A DNA stretch of 64,000 nt from Truepera sp. (GCA_965218435.1 CBDCKW010000009.1:1632001-1696000); one strand, 5' to 3'; positions 41,358 through 52,020 are shown, counted from the first letter of the stretch. Made by a program: numbers and translations. Notes: generated by a model from the sequence alone, not told the origin.

Positions 41358-41888
41358 ATGATGTTTTTTGACAACTGGTTTGGACTCTTGCGGGTGGTGG
41401 TCGTCGCGCCACTCGCTTACTTGGCTTTGATTCTCCTTTTACGGGTGTCGGGCAAACGCACGCTCTCTAAAATGAACGCGTTCGACTTTATTATTACGGT
41501 CGCGCTGGGGTCAACTTTTGCCTCGATCATTCTTTCAAGCGACGTAGCTCTGATAGAAGGCGTAACAGCGTTCGTGATGCTGATCGGCAGTCAGTTTGTG
41601 ATTACCTGGCTTTCAGTCCGTTCAGAGACGGTCAAACAGCTCGTCAAATCCGAACCCAGTCTGCTTTTTCATGACGGCGACTTTTTAGCCGGAGCGATGA
41701 AACGTGAGCGCGTCACGCAAGAAGAAGTCTTAGCGGCAGTGCGTGAGTCGGGCAAAGTGTCCCTCGAGGCCGTTGGCGCAGTTGTCCTAGAAACCGACGG
41801 CACCTTTAGCATCCTCGCTACCGGCGCGGCTGAGGCGCGCCCCACCCTGCAAGACGTCCGGCATTTTAGCGGGGCCAACCGCAGTTAA
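41358..41888 (+). CDS. DUF421/YetF membrane protein
   Basis: LRVSGKRTLSKMNAFDF, VVLETDG.FS. Confidence 0.9.
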   Translation: MMFFDNWFGLLRVVVVAPLAYLALILLLRVSGKRTLSKMNAFDFIITVALGSTFASIILSSDVALIEGVTAFVMLIGSQFVITWLSVRSETVKQLVKSEPSLLFHDGDFLAGAMKRERVTQEEVLAAVRESGKVSLEAVGAVVLETDGTFSILATGAAEARPTLQDVRHFSGANRS

Positions 41889-41951
41889 AACGCCAGCTAG
41901 AGCACGTTGTCTCGGTATCGTCAGGTTGAGCTTGTCGGAGTAGGATAAATT

Positions 41952-42722
41952 ATGTTCAAATTTGCCATTTCATCGTGGAGCGTAGACGGACTTTTAACTT
42001 CGGGGCTGCCCCTGTTAGAGCTGCCTGCCGAACTGCAAAAACATGGGATCAGGGTGCTCGAGCTCTGTCACTTTCACCTGCCTTCGACCGAACCGGATTA
42101 TCTGGCGGCGCTCCGCTCAAACCTAGAAGCCGCAAACGTTGAGCTGTACAGCGTGCTGATTGACGCCGGTGACGTTACTGCGCCCGACCCGAAGGTATTA
42201 GAAGGGGAATTGGGGCTGATTCGCCGTTATATCCGCGCCGCCGCCGCTCTCGGCGCAGAGCGGGTACGGATTTCCGCCGGTCAGCACCCTGCAACTCCTG
42301 AGACGTTAGCGCAAAGTGCCGCGCAGCTGACAACCCTGATGGACTACGCGGCAGAGTACGGCGTCAAAGTCAGTACCGAAAACTGGCAGCTTACCGCGCA
42401 AGAGCCGGAGGCGGTGCTCGAGATTCTCGAGACCTGCCCCAAAGGGTTGGGCCTTTGCATGGACACCGGCAACGCCGAAGCCAGCCGGGACAAATACGAC
42501 ACACTCGTCCAGCTGCTACCTTACGCGACCTCGGTGCATTTTAAGGCGCGTAGAGTACCCGAAGGCATGGATTTAACCGACGCACGCCGCTGCTTAGACC
42601 TGCTCCGTAACGCCAACTTTGAAGGACCGCTCAGCTTGATCTATGACCGCAAACAAGGCGAGTGGGACGGGCTCAAAACGCTGCAGAGCACACTGCAGAC
42701 ACTTGACGTTCAGCAGGTGTAG
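41952..42722 (+). CDS. Sugar phosphate isomerase/epimerase (AP-endonuclease-2 TIM barrel)
   Basis: LELCHFH, TENW, DTGN, VHFKA. Confidence 0.82.
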   Translation: MFKFAISSWSVDGLLTSGLPLLELPAELQKHGIRVLELCHFHLPSTEPDYLAALRSNLEAANVELYSVLIDAGDVTAPDPKVLEGELGLIRRYIRAAAALGAERVRISAGQHPATPETLAQSAAQLTTLMDYAAEYGVKVSTENWQLTAQEPEAVLEILETCPKGLGLCMDTGNAEASRDKYDTLVQLLPYATSVHFKARRVPEGMDLTDARRCLDLLRNANFEGPLSLIYDRKQGEWDGLKTLQSTLQTLDVQQV

Positions 42723-42727
42723 CGGGT

Positions 42728-43297
42728 ATGGACGCCAGCGTGAATAGACTCCTAGTCATGACGGTTGGGAAAACACACAGCGGCAAATCAACATTCGCCC
42801 AAACATTGAAACGTCACCTTGGCGATACTTGCGCCGTTGACCAAGACAACCACGCTGAGTTTATCAACACGTATTACCGGGAGCTACTACCCAAACAGGG
42901 GCCGAATACACTCAAATACAGTGTGACCGAAACCATCCTAGAGTATGCGGTGACCCAAACAACAATGCACCTGGTCTTATGCAATTCCTACCGCTCTTTG
43001 ACAGACCGCACAAAACTTCTCGGCAAATTTAAGGGGTTAGGCTTTACCACTGTTTTGGTCAACTTTGACATACCGGACGAACTACTGAAAGCGAGAGTCA
43101 GCCGTACAAAACGCAGTACAACCGTCCTTAGAAGCGCGTCGAGCTTTGCAGAGGTGCTTGCTCGGCAACAAGGTGAGTCTACACATAGCGATATGGCGTC
43201 CCCAAAAGAAGATGAAGCTGACTATTTTTTTGTCATTAACAGTCATGAGGCGGCTCAAACGACCGTCGGTAACATTCTTAGAATTGCACGCCCATAA
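42728..43297 (+). CDS. P-loop ATP-binding protein (AAA_33-like kinase)
   Basis: VGKTHSGKST. Confidence 0.8.
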   Translation: MDASVNRLLVMTVGKTHSGKSTFAQTLKRHLGDTCAVDQDNHAEFINTYYRELLPKQGPNTLKYSVTETILEYAVTQTTMHLVLCNSYRSLTDRTKLLGKFKGLGFTTVLVNFDIPDELLKARVSRTKRSTTVLRSASSFAEVLARQQGESTHSDMASPKEDEADYFFVINSHEAAQTTVGNILRIARP

Positions 43298-43343
43298 GGT
43301 TCTCGCTAGAGCTATAAGCGAATAAACGCTTTAGGTCAAGTCT

Positions 43344-45227
43344 CTAAACCCCCAACGCCTCGGTCGTCTCTTCCCAGCGGGCGATAGCGTCTAAAAGTTC
43401 GGCCTCGAGCTGCCCGTGCCGTTCACTCGTCTCGAGTAGTGCTTCGGGCGTAAGGGTTTCAGGAGTCGTAAGCTTTTTTGTCAGCGCCTCGAGGTTACCC
43501 TCGAGTTCGGCGATATGCGCTTCTAACGCCTCTTGGTCACGGCCAAGTTGCCACTTTGACGGGCCTTTGGGTTCGTCGTCAACCGGTTTTTCAGCCCGTT
43601 CCGTTTTGACCTCAGCTTCTTGCACACTCCGCTCACGGCGTTTGCGCTCGTAAAAGTTCCAGTCACCCTCGTACGGCGTAAAATGACCGCCCTCGAGCTC
43701 CCACACCAGCTCAGTCGTTTGGGCGATAAAACGCCGGTCGTGCGACACAACCAGCAGCGTACCTTCATAGGCGTCTAGAGCGGCCTCGAGCGCCTCGATC
43801 ATCTCGACGTCTAGGTGGTTCGTCGGTTCGTCTAACACGAGAAAGTTGTATTCACCTAAAGTAAGTTTGAGCAGCGCCAATCGCGCCCGCTCCCCGCCGG
43901 AAAGGTCACGGACGCGCTTAAACTGCGCGTCGTACGGGAACAAAAAACGGCCCAACAAGTTGTGCGCCGCGCTGTCCCCGACGAGCCGGACCAACTCTTC
44001 AAACAAAGTTGCGTCCGGGTCTACGCCGCGCAGCTCCTGGTCGTAGTAGCCGACACGGACCCTTGCACCAAAGCGCAACAGGGCTCGAGGATCGTCACTC
44101 GAAGTTTCGCCTAAAAGCACCCGCAAAAAGCTCGATTTACCCGCCCCGTTCGGCCCGACGAGCGCGACGCGCTCCCCTTGCCGGAGGGTCAAGCCCACGT
44201 CCTTAAAGAGCTGGTCGCCGCCGTAGCTTTTGCTTAAGTGCTGCGCCTGTAAGACGATTTCGCCGGAGTCGTCGCACGGAAAGGTAAAGCGGGTTTGACG
44301 TTCGGCGGCCTCGGCGTCGGGGAGCATGGTGTCGGCGTAACGCTCCGTGCGGCGCTCCATCGCTTTGGCGCGGCGGTGCAGCTTTTCGCTCTGACCGGCC
44401 CAGCGTTTCATCTGCGTCGCCGCAGCCTCGAGCCTGTCGTGTTCTTTTTGCTGATTGGCGCGGGTGACCGCCTCGAGCCGTTCCTGCTCCGCTCTCGCCT
44501 CACGGTAACGGGTCGGTGTCGTAGCCATCGTCCGCAGCGTCCCGCGAGAGATTTCCGCGGTCGCGTTGCAGGTCTCGTCCAAAAACGCCCGGTCGTGCGA
44601 GACGAGCAGCACGCCGCCCGGATACCGCGATAAGTAGCCGCCGAGCCAGCGCCGCATCGCCATATCGAGGTGGTTGGTGGGTTCGTCCATTAAGAGCACG
44701 TCGGGTTGCGCCATCAGCAGGCGGGCGAGCCCCAAACGCGTTTTTTCGCCACCGGAGAGGTGACTGGCTACCTCGTGTTCGCGCCCACGGAAACCGAGCG
44801 CGTAGAGCACCGAATCGCGCCGTGAGCGCCGTTCAAAACCGCCGCGCCGCTCGAAGGTTTCGTGCAGGACTTCCCAGCGAGCATAAACTCCGGGGTCGGC
44901 CAAGCCTTCGTGCTCGAGCTTTTGCAGTCCGCGCTCGAGTTCATCCAACTCGGCAAACGCCCGTTCGGACACCTCTAAAATGCTCATGCCGGGGGGAATG
45001 ATGGGGTCTTGCTCCAACATCGCCACGCTCACGCCTTCCCGCCGAAAGACGCTGCCCCCGTCGGGCGCATCTTGGTGCAGTAGCAGCCGCAAAATCGTGG
45101 ACTTGCCCGCCCCGTTGCGCCCGATCAGCGCCGTTCGGGACGAGCTGCGCAGCTCGAGGGTCACGCCGTCCAAGACGACCTGCTCACCGTAAAACTTTTC
45201 CACGTCGTAAAGGGCTGACAACACCAT
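43344..45227 (-). CDS. ABC-F family ATPase (Uup/YheS-like)
   Basis: Two NBDs (GRNGAGKS, LSGGE, DEPTNHLD twice), no TM segments, C-terminal coiled coil. Confidence 0.93.
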   Translation of the reverse strand: MVLSALYDVEKFYGEQVVLDGVTLELRSSSRTALIGRNGAGKSTILRLLLHQDAPDGGSVFRREGVSVAMLEQDPIIPPGMSILEVSERAFAELDELERGLQKLEHEGLADPGVYARWEVLHETFERRGGFERRSRRDSVLYALGFRGREHEVASHLSGGEKTRLGLARLLMAQPDVLLMDEPTNHLDMAMRRWLGGYLSRYPGGVLLVSHDRAFLDETCNATAEISRGTLRTMATTPTRYREARAEQERLEAVTRANQQKEHDRLEAAATQMKRWAGQSEKLHRRAKAMERRTERYADTMLPDAEAAERQTRFTFPCDDSGEIVLQAQHLSKSYGGDQLFKDVGLTLRQGERVALVGPNGAGKSSFLRVLLGETSSDDPRALLRFGARVRVGYYDQELRGVDPDATLFEELVRLVGDSAAHNLLGRFLFPYDAQFKRVRDLSGGERARLALLKLTLGEYNFLVLDEPTNHLDVEMIEALEAALDAYEGTLLVVSHDRRFIAQTTELVWELEGGHFTPYEGDWNFYERKRRERSVQEAEVKTERAEKPVDDEPKGPSKWQLGRDQEALEAHIAELEGNLEALTKKLTTPETLTPEALLETSERHGQLEAELLDAIARWEETTEALGV

Positions 45228-45292
45228 TTCACCAGTTTAACGGTTACTAAGAAGCTCTGGTAAAACGAGCTGAGATATTTAGACGAAATAGC

Positions 45293-45499
45293 CTGAGTAC
45301 ACGACAATTTTTTAGAACCTTGTCCAGAAGGTAATTTGTTGTGTAAGCCCAAAAAGAGGCTTTTTGCCTATATGAGCATGACCGGGTAGATCGTCTTGAA
45401 CATCATCCTAAACAGCAGTCTCGGGGGACATGAACGCTACTTTTCAGAGGGTTGAATAGCCCGTTCAGACTCGTAAAACTATTTTTTGTCGTGTACTAA
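45293..45499. mobile_element. MITE family B, copy 2 (diverged)
   Basis: CTGAGTACACGACAA...TTGTCGTGTACTAA; shares blocks such as acagcagtctcgggggacat and gaatagcccgttcagactcgtaaaa with copy 1; no TSD seen. Confidence 0.8.
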
Positions 45500-45700
45500 A
45501 GCATGACTTACAAAAAATCGCTCTTAAAGGCAAACTAGTACCGCAAAAGGGACAGTTAAAGGCTTCCAAAGCGCCTCCTTTAGCCAAAGCCCTGAAATTA
45601 TAACTTACCTAGCCTACACGAACCAACTGAAGTTCTGGGAGTCCATGAAGAATAAGTTAAATCGGAAGTTTGCTGCTGATAGCAAACGCCGCTTCGTTCG

Positions 45701-46561
45701 CTACTCGAGCCGTTTAAGCTCGATATTGCGCACCAGCATTTCTGCGTTTTGCGCCTGGAAAGCGATGCGGCCTTCCTCTAACGGGGCCGTCTTGCCACCC
45801 CTTGCGGGCTGTCTGGGGTTGATGATGCGGTTGTTGACCTTACCATTAACGATGTGCAAAATTTCGTCCGCCGTGACGATCAGCTCAACCCGGTTCCAGC
45901 CCGATTTTTCATAGGTGCCGCTTTTGCCGAGCTGGGTGTAGCTGCTGGGTTTGGTGGTGTACGGCACCCCTCCCTTGCGGTACTGCGGCGTCTTCGCGGT
46001 AGGCGACGCCACCGTCGTTTCAGCTGTTAAGCGGCCTATAAGCCAGAGGTCGCCCGTGTCCCCTTCTTGAAGCTGAAACTCGAGGCTGCGCGGCCACAAC
46101 GCGTCCGGCTGGGCGACGTGGTACAAAAGGCCACCCCCGCGTTTGCTTTCGGAGAACCGCTTTTCACCCCAGCGGTACTCGAAGCGCAGGTGATAGTGCC
46201 GATACACCTCGTCGGTCACCAGGTAGCCTCGCTCTCGCTTACTTTTCGGAACGTCCAAAATATGGAGCACGCCATCCTCGAGCTTGAAGACACCGTTCGG
46301 GTCGCTCTTGTGCGTTAACCAAGGCGACCAGCCCTCGAGCGTAGTTCCTAGAAGGGGTGTCCAACCCGCGTTCGGTTCCGGATCGGGGGTAGGCGCAGGT
46401 GTCCCGGTGGGAGGTGACGGAGCGGGCGGTGCCGTGTTCGGGGGGGCGTTGGGGAGGGGGGCGTCGGAAGGTGGAGCGGGCTGTGCGCAAGCGCCCAGCA
46501 GCATCACGAGCAGCAGGAGCCGGGGGATGGGTAAAACGTTGTGTATAGTTCTCTTCTTCAT
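45701..46561 (-). CDS. DUF1080 (3-keto-disaccharide hydrolase-like) lipoprotein with Pro-rich linker
   Basis: Lipobox LGAC; GYL.T...Y..YHL.FEY.WG, WP.S.EFQ..EGDTGD, WN..E, G.I.FQ. Confidence 0.85.
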   Translation of the reverse strand: MKKRTIHNVLPIPRLLLLVMLLGACAQPAPPSDAPLPNAPPNTAPPAPSPPTGTPAPTPDPEPNAGWTPLLGTTLEGWSPWLTHKSDPNGVFKLEDGVLHILDVPKSKRERGYLVTDEVYRHYHLRFEYRWGEKRFSESKRGGGLLYHVAQPDALWPRSLEFQLQEGDTGDLWLIGRLTAETTVASPTAKTPQYRKGGVPYTTKPSSYTQLGKSGTYEKSGWNRVELIVTADEILHIVNGKVNNRIINPRQPARGGKTAPLEEGRIAFQAQNAEMLVRNIELKRLE

Positions 46562-46713
46562 ATTATGGTTTATCCTTCAGAACTTGCGAACAACTTGCGG
46601 GAACGTTCAGTTCTGCCTGCCAGCTGTCCACGTGCTCGTATATATCATCAACACCGCTTCGTAAACCATGCTGTTTCTACCTAAAGAGGCCGAGGGGTTC
46701 GTAAACCCCACCG

Positions 46714-47502
46714 TCAGAACTTACGCCCAATCAGCAGCACCGCTTCGTGCGCCAAGGACTCGAGTCCTCCTTCCCCCTGTACAACCTGAAAATAAGCTTT
46801 TTGCGCCGGAGACAGGGCCAAAATATCGCGCACCAACGCTTCCCCTATAGCTCTTGGTGTTTGTGGCCGCCCCAACCATTCCCAATACGGCTTATACGCC
46901 CACCAGCGCGATAAGTGCTGCGTATCCAATCCGGCGTCCGCCAGCCACACCACCCACTCCCGGACGGTGTACGCCCATTCGTGGCTGGGGTCGCGCCGCT
47001 TTTCAATGTCGTTCATGACTCGGGCTAATTCAGGCTCTTCGGGGGAAACGTTATCTACCAGTAAGAGAAGGCCACCTGGACGCAAGACCCTCGCCGCCTC
47101 CCGTACAAACTGCGCAGGGTCGGCGAAGTGATGTGCGGCGATACGGCAGGTTACAAGGTCGAAAGTCTCAGCGTTAAAAGGGAGCGATTCAGCTGCGGCG
47201 GTGGCAAACTGCACCGCTTCTCCCCCATTTGCCTGGACAAATGTCTGGGCCGCTTGGAGCATCTCCGGGGTCAGATCGGTAGCTGTTACCGCTGCCCCCG
47301 CCCTGGCGAACGCGAGCGCAGTGTGACCACCACCGGTCGCTACATCGAGGGCTCTTCTATCTTGCAGATTGCCAAGCAGACGTTCGGCCAGGGCAACCAT
47401 CTGTGTGAGTTCGGCACCTTTGGCGTGGCCTACACTTTCTATGTAGGCGCTAGCGGTGCGGCCGAACTGGGCTTGAACGCGGCGGTAGGTATCTCGAGTC
47501 AT
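46714..47502 (-). CDS. Class I SAM-dependent methyltransferase (UbiE/YcgJ-like)
   Basis: LDVATGGGH, AESLPF, CRIAAHHF, RDPSH. Confidence 0.9.
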   Translation of the reverse strand: MTRDTYRRVQAQFGRTASAYIESVGHAKGAELTQMVALAERLLGNLQDRRALDVATGGGHTALAFARAGAAVTATDLTPEMLQAAQTFVQANGGEAVQFATAAAESLPFNAETFDLVTCRIAAHHFADPAQFVREAARVLRPGGLLLLVDNVSPEEPELARVMNDIEKRRDPSHEWAYTVREWVVWLADAGLDTQHLSRWWAYKPYWEWLGRPQTPRAIGEALVRDILALSPAQKAYFQVVQGEGGLESLAHEAVLLIGRKF

Positions 47503-47774
47503 AGCTGAGTTTAGCGGTGCGCTGGGTGAATTCACCGCTTGGTTTTAAGGTTGAGGGTCAAGGTCCTCTTACGAGCCAGTGGGCAGAGCGAAACCTTTGT
47601 GTTAACGACCGCACTAAGTGACCTTATTAACGCACTGTGTTAGCGGATAAATTGACCGTCTCTCACGCAGAGTACGCTGTTCTCAGGGCGTCAGCGTACT
47701 CGGTCACATCTTTGGACTGTTTTGGGCCGGGTCACTTAAGCTTTTCCCGGAGTTAATTATAAGGAGCTGATAGG

Positions 47775-48692
47775 ATGCCCCGAACCATCGAAGTCACCGT
47801 TCCCAAGGGCAAAACCGACGCCCTCATCGGCCGCGTTAGGGAGCTTACCGGTGTCGTGGGTCTCTCAGTTCAGTACGGCGCGTCCCTCGTCCCGCCGGGA
47901 GACGTCCTCACCTTGCAGACGACGAACGACAGTACACGCACGGTTGTTCAGCTGTTTAGCGAATTCGGCATTATGGAGGGCGGCTCCGTTGTGATCAGCA
48001 AACCGCAGAGCCTAATCTCACCGACTTACGCCAAACAGATTGACCGTGAGGGAGACGAAACCGTCTGGGAAGAGTTGGCCCTTTTTTTACGCGAGCAGTC
48101 CAACCTGGCGACAAACTTTTTGTGGCTGATGTTCTTGTCCGGTTGCGTCGCTGCAGTTGGCATTTGGTCAAACCAGCTGGCGCTCATCTACGCGGCGCAA
48201 CTTCTCGCACCTCACGTCGAACCGCTCTTACGGCTGCCGCTAAGTATTCTGAGCGGACGACGCAGCACCGCCGTGCGCGGCGCTCTCGCGGCGCTCGCAG
48301 GTTATAGCCTCCTCCTGGTGGGGTCAGCCGTCACCTTTCTTATTCTAAGAGCTCTTGACCCTGCTGCACCGGCTGCCCTTACGGAGCGTTCACTCGTCCA
48401 GCTTTACACCGCCGTTACGCCTGCCAGCATCCTCGTTGCGATGCTCGCGGGTTTAGCTAGCGGCTTCGTCCTCGCGTCGCAAAGGGCGGTGCTGCTTTCC
48501 GGCGTGTATCTAGCCCTGGCGCTGGTTCCCGGCATGGGCTTGGCCGGAGCCGCGCTCGCCGCCGGTAACCTGGCACTCGCAGGGCGGGCGCTGCTTATCT
48601 GGGCAATACCTGCAGCGTCGGTTATCTTTCTAGGTGGGTCGGTGCTGACGCTCAAGCGGTTTTTTAGAGACCGCCGCGCCGTGCTCGAGTAA
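47775..48692 (+). CDS. DUF389 family membrane protein
   Basis: AAGGAG RBS; soluble N-terminal domain then about 7 TM helices; LLAP...PL, GV..ALALVP. Confidence 0.75.
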   Translation: MPRTIEVTVPKGKTDALIGRVRELTGVVGLSVQYGASLVPPGDVLTLQTTNDSTRTVVQLFSEFGIMEGGSVVISKPQSLISPTYAKQIDREGDETVWEELALFLREQSNLATNFLWLMFLSGCVAAVGIWSNQLALIYAAQLLAPHVEPLLRLPLSILSGRRSTAVRGALAALAGYSLLLVGSAVTFLILRALDPAAPAALTERSLVQLYTAVTPASILVAMLAGLASGFVLASQRAVLLSGVYLALALVPGMGLAGAALAAGNLALAGRALLIWAIPAASVIFLGGSVLTLKRFFRDRRAVLE

Positions 48693-48714
48693 TCAACTCA
48701 CTAACCCTGGGGCT

Positions 48715-48861
48715 TTACCCCGGTCCTCCGGGCGGCACCGGGTCAATAATCGGGTCGGGATCGTTGGGATCACCTATCGGGGGTTGGGATGGGTCTTCAG
48801 GGGGTACCGGCTCGTCAGGGTCGGGAATAACCGAGTTTTTAGAAAACGTCAATAAGCGCAT
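48715..48861 (-). CDS. 48-aa Pro/Asp-rich small protein (not in ORF track)
   Basis: GAAAGGGG RBS then MRLLTFSKNSVIPDPDEPVPPEDPSQPPIGDPNDPDPIIDPVPPGGPG. Confidence 0.6.
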   Translation of the reverse strand: MRLLTFSKNSVIPDPDEPVPPEDPSQPPIGDPNDPDPIIDPVPPGGPG

Positions 48862-49060
48862 AACAACCCCTTTCAAAAGCTGTGCTGAGCAAAACTTACA
48901 CGGGTAGCTCCAAATACCACTATGACGTAGCGCCCTATTGGGGTCATCATTTAGATGTTTTTACGCCTTCACATCTCGTACAGGTCAGCAAACCCGGAAA
49001 ACGTTCCGAGCACCAAAACTGCTAGACTCTAGGGTGACCTTCACTTTAGCTGGCTCTTTA

Positions 49061-49174
49061 CTAGAAGCCATCTCAAAAACCCTTTTTGGCCTCAGCCCAA
49101 AAGGGTTTGACCGAGCTAGGCGAGTAAGATCGAACGCTCGCAGTCTGAAAAATAATTTTTGAGATAGGTTCTAG
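49061..49174. mobile_element. MITE family C copy (114 bp, CTAG at both ends)
   Basis: CTAGAAGCCATCTCAAAAA / TTTTTGAGATAGGTTCTAG inverted ends; interior similar to 59309-59405. Confidence 0.7.
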
Positions 49175-49220
49175 ACAATGAATACAGCGGAGCTTTATCT
49201 CACAGGAAGAAGGGACAACG

Positions 49221-49967
49221 ATGAACTTTGGTTTGCACGGCCGGGTGGCGCTCGTCACAGGCGCGTCGCGGGGTCTAGGTGCAGCGATTGCTAAAACGCT
49301 GGCAGCGCAAGGTGCCCGTGTGGTGGTCAACTACGCCCGGTCGCAAGAGCTGGCCTATGGCGTGGTCGAGGCGATTCATGAGGGGGGTGGGGAAGCGTTG
49401 GCGGTGCAAGCAGATGTGCTCGAGCCCGCTCAAATCAAACGCTTAGTACGAGAGACCGAAGCCCATTTCGGACCTGTTGAGATTTTAGTCAACAACGCCA
49501 CCGGCCCTCAACCGAATAAACCGCTGGAAGCTTATGTCTGGCAGGACTTTCAAGACCAACTGGACTTTTTTCTCAAAGCGCCCTTACTGCTGATGCGAGA
49601 AACCCTACCGGCGATGAAACGCGCCGGGTGGGGCCGCGTGATTCACATCGGTAGCGAAGTCGCCGAACTCGGCAATCCGAACTTCAGTTCGTATGCGTCG
49701 GCGAAAGCCGCCATGCTGGGGCTGACCCGAAGTTGGGCCAATGAACTCGGCAGGGATGGGATTACGGTCAATCTGATCGCGCCCGGTTGGATACCGGTCG
49801 AAAAACACGATGATCTGTCCGGGATGGACGCGTACCTCCGGGGTGTCCCGTTAGGGCGGCACGGCGTCCCCGAAGACATCGGCTTTGCGGCAGCTTTTTT
49901 AGCGAGTGACGAGGCGAACTTCATCACCGGGCAGCGGCTGGCGGTCAACGGCGGCAAGACGTTGTGA
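49221..49967 (+). CDS. SDR oxidoreductase, FabG-like
   Basis: TGASRGLG, VNNA, YASAK, ITGQ.L.VNGG. Confidence 0.92.
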   Translation: MNFGLHGRVALVTGASRGLGAAIAKTLAAQGARVVVNYARSQELAYGVVEAIHEGGGEALAVQADVLEPAQIKRLVRETEAHFGPVEILVNNATGPQPNKPLEAYVWQDFQDQLDFFLKAPLLLMRETLPAMKRAGWGRVIHIGSEVAELGNPNFSSYASAKAAMLGLTRSWANELGRDGITVNLIAPGWIPVEKHDDLSGMDAYLRGVPLGRHGVPEDIGFAAAFLASDEANFITGQRLAVNGGKTL

Positions 49968-50602
49968 CGAGCTATGCCGGAAGTGCGGAACGGCAAGTTG
50001 ACGCCGACCCCAAAGTGTTGGGGCACCTCGCCCAAGACCCCAACATGGCAGCACTCATCGAAACGTTTGGCCCCTATACCTGGCCACTGTCACCGCCCTT
50101 TAGGTCGTTGGTCCGGGCCGTCGTCGGACAACTCATCTCCGGCGCAGCGGCGCGGGCGACGTTTAACCGGTTGGAGGCCGCAACTCAGATCAACCCCGAA
50201 CGCATTCTTGTGCATACTCCGGATGAACTGTTGGCGCTCGGCGTCCCGCGCCGTAAAGGAGAATATCTGCATGGGTTGGCAAAGTACGCGTTAGAGAGGC
50301 AGTTAGATACACTAGCCGACCTCAGCGACGCCGAGGTGACCGCGCGGCTCGTCGCCCTTCGCGGTGTCGGAGTCTGGACGGCTGAGATGTTCCTGATCTT
50401 TGCGTTGGGTCGCCCCGATGTCTGGCCCATCAAAGATATGGGCGTGGTGCGGGCCGCTGAACGCTACTACAACCTTTCGGACATCGCAGAAGTAGCGGCT
50501 TTAGGTGAACGCTTTCGCCCGTACCGAAGTGCAGCGGTTTGGTATTTATGGCGCTGGACCGAGGCAAATCCCAAGAGAACTGGAAGCGGTGCCCAAAAAT
50601 AG
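49964..50602 (+). CDS. alkA: DNA-3-methyladenine glycosylase II (AlkA/HhH-GPD)
   Basis: VVGQ.IS, L.GVG.WTAEMFLIF.LGRPDVWP..D.GV, RPYRS.A.WYLW. Confidence 0.88.
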   Translation: MTSYAGSAERQVDADPKVLGHLAQDPNMAALIETFGPYTWPLSPPFRSLVRAVVGQLISGAAARATFNRLEAATQINPERILVHTPDELLALGVPRRKGEYLHGLAKYALERQLDTLADLSDAEVTARLVALRGVGVWTAEMFLIFALGRPDVWPIKDMGVVRAAERYYNLSDIAEVAALGERFRPYRSAAVWYLWRWTEANPKRTGSGAQK

Positions 50603-50791
50603 GTCGTCGTACAGTCCTGCACGACGTTTGATTTTTACGAACCGTCTGTCGGTATGAGCAGCGTTATGACCAAGCCTCTGTATGCCCTTATTGTAGGTAC
50701 CACTACAGGCAGGCCGAACAGAGTGGCGTGGCGTACAAGCCGCAGAATTTGCCGTGTCGGGTGGGCAAACAGCAAAAGCGCGGGGAAACCT

Positions 50792-51885
50792 ATGCCTAGA
50801 GCGGCTTTGCACAAAAAGTCTACAAAAAGTCATAAGGATGCATTTTGGAAAATTTACTTGCACCGAAGCTTGTTGAGGGACTTTGAAATTTGCGTCGGTG
50901 ACTACAAAGCTTATTCCAGTCTATTCGTCGATTTTATGGCGTGAAAACTTATGAGGCTGGAGAGGACTTTTTGTGCAAAGCCGCCTAGAGCAGTCAGATT
51001 TGATAGGTGCGGTGGGATTGACGTCTTGTATGTTGCAGAAGTTGCGACTCCGGGTTCCGAGCAGGTGACGGTTAGGATGAAAGCTGCCGGGACCAATTCG
51101 GGTGAGGCAGGGACTTGAGAGGGCTTGTCAGACAGCGTATAGCCCGCGACGTTTCCCTCCGGGCAGGGTAGCAACCTCCCCGGAGTCGTTGAAGAACTAG
51201 GTGAAGGCGTAGACAATTTGGCTGTAGGTGATGAGGTTATCAGCTATGTTGATACGCGCTCGAGCCAAGCTGAGTTTGTTGTCGCAAAAGCAAAAAGCCT
51301 AGTCCCGTGTCCGAGCGATGTTTCATGGGAAGCGGGCGGCGCTCTCGCTGTGGTCGGGAGAACAGCGTATGCTGCGGCGCACACTGTTTCGGTCGGTGAA
51401 GGTGACAGCGTAGTCGCCTCCGCTGCGGCAGGCGGGGTCGGCTCCACTGCCGTGCAGTTGGCTAAACATAAGGGTGCAACCGTCATGAAGCTAACCACAG
51501 CTGGCTGACCGACCACGGCGTCGTCCCGGTGACTTGTAGCGACGCTTAGGAAGCGCGTATCCGAGAGGCGTCCGGCGGCAAAGTCGAGGCCATCAACGCC
51601 ATCGGCTCCGGTTATGTTGAGTTAGTGCTTAAGCTCGGCGTTCAGCCCGAGCGAATCAACACGGTTACCGATTTTGAGGCAGCCAAAAAGTGCAGCGTCA
51701 GAGCTAAAGGGGGCGTGGACACTGACACTCCGACTGCCGCTGTACTCGCTGAGCCGGTGAGCATGATCAGCGAGGGAACCTTCGAGCTACCTATTGGCCG
51801 GGTCTATCCGCTGGAACAGCTCAAGGAGGCTTACCGGGAACTCGAGCAGCGCCACACCCACAGCAAAATTGTGCTCGAGCCTTAA
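50792..51885 (+). pseudogene. Decayed NADP-dependent quinone oxidoreductase (MDR family), interrupted by a MITE within its first codons
   Basis: Removing the MITE gives MPRAVRFD..GGIDVL...; in-frame stops and frameshifts follow; ORFs 51218-51508 (AAAGGVG..AVQLAK) and 51625-51885 (VYPLEQ..EAY.EL...KIVL) are fragments. Confidence 0.85.
50803..50982. mobile_element. MITE family A, copy 1 (180 bp)
   Basis: Perfect 18-bp TIR GGCTTTGCACAAAAAGTC; 9-bp TSD GCCTAGAGC. Confidence 0.95.
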
Positions 51886-52020
51886 CATCTGGACAGCGGG
51901 CGGATTTCACCTGTTCCTCAACCCTTTGCTGTTGCAACGCCTTACTTTTAGAGGGTGGCGAGTAATGGTGGGGACGGGCTCACCCCAGCGTCGGTGCCGC
52001 CTTCTTAGTTAGTCGCGGCT

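Noticed and set aside
50654..50944. ORFs 50654-50944 and 59449-59652 share an identical C-terminus (ALHKKSTKSH...DFMA)
   Set aside because: The shared part is read-through into MITE family A, not a gene family.
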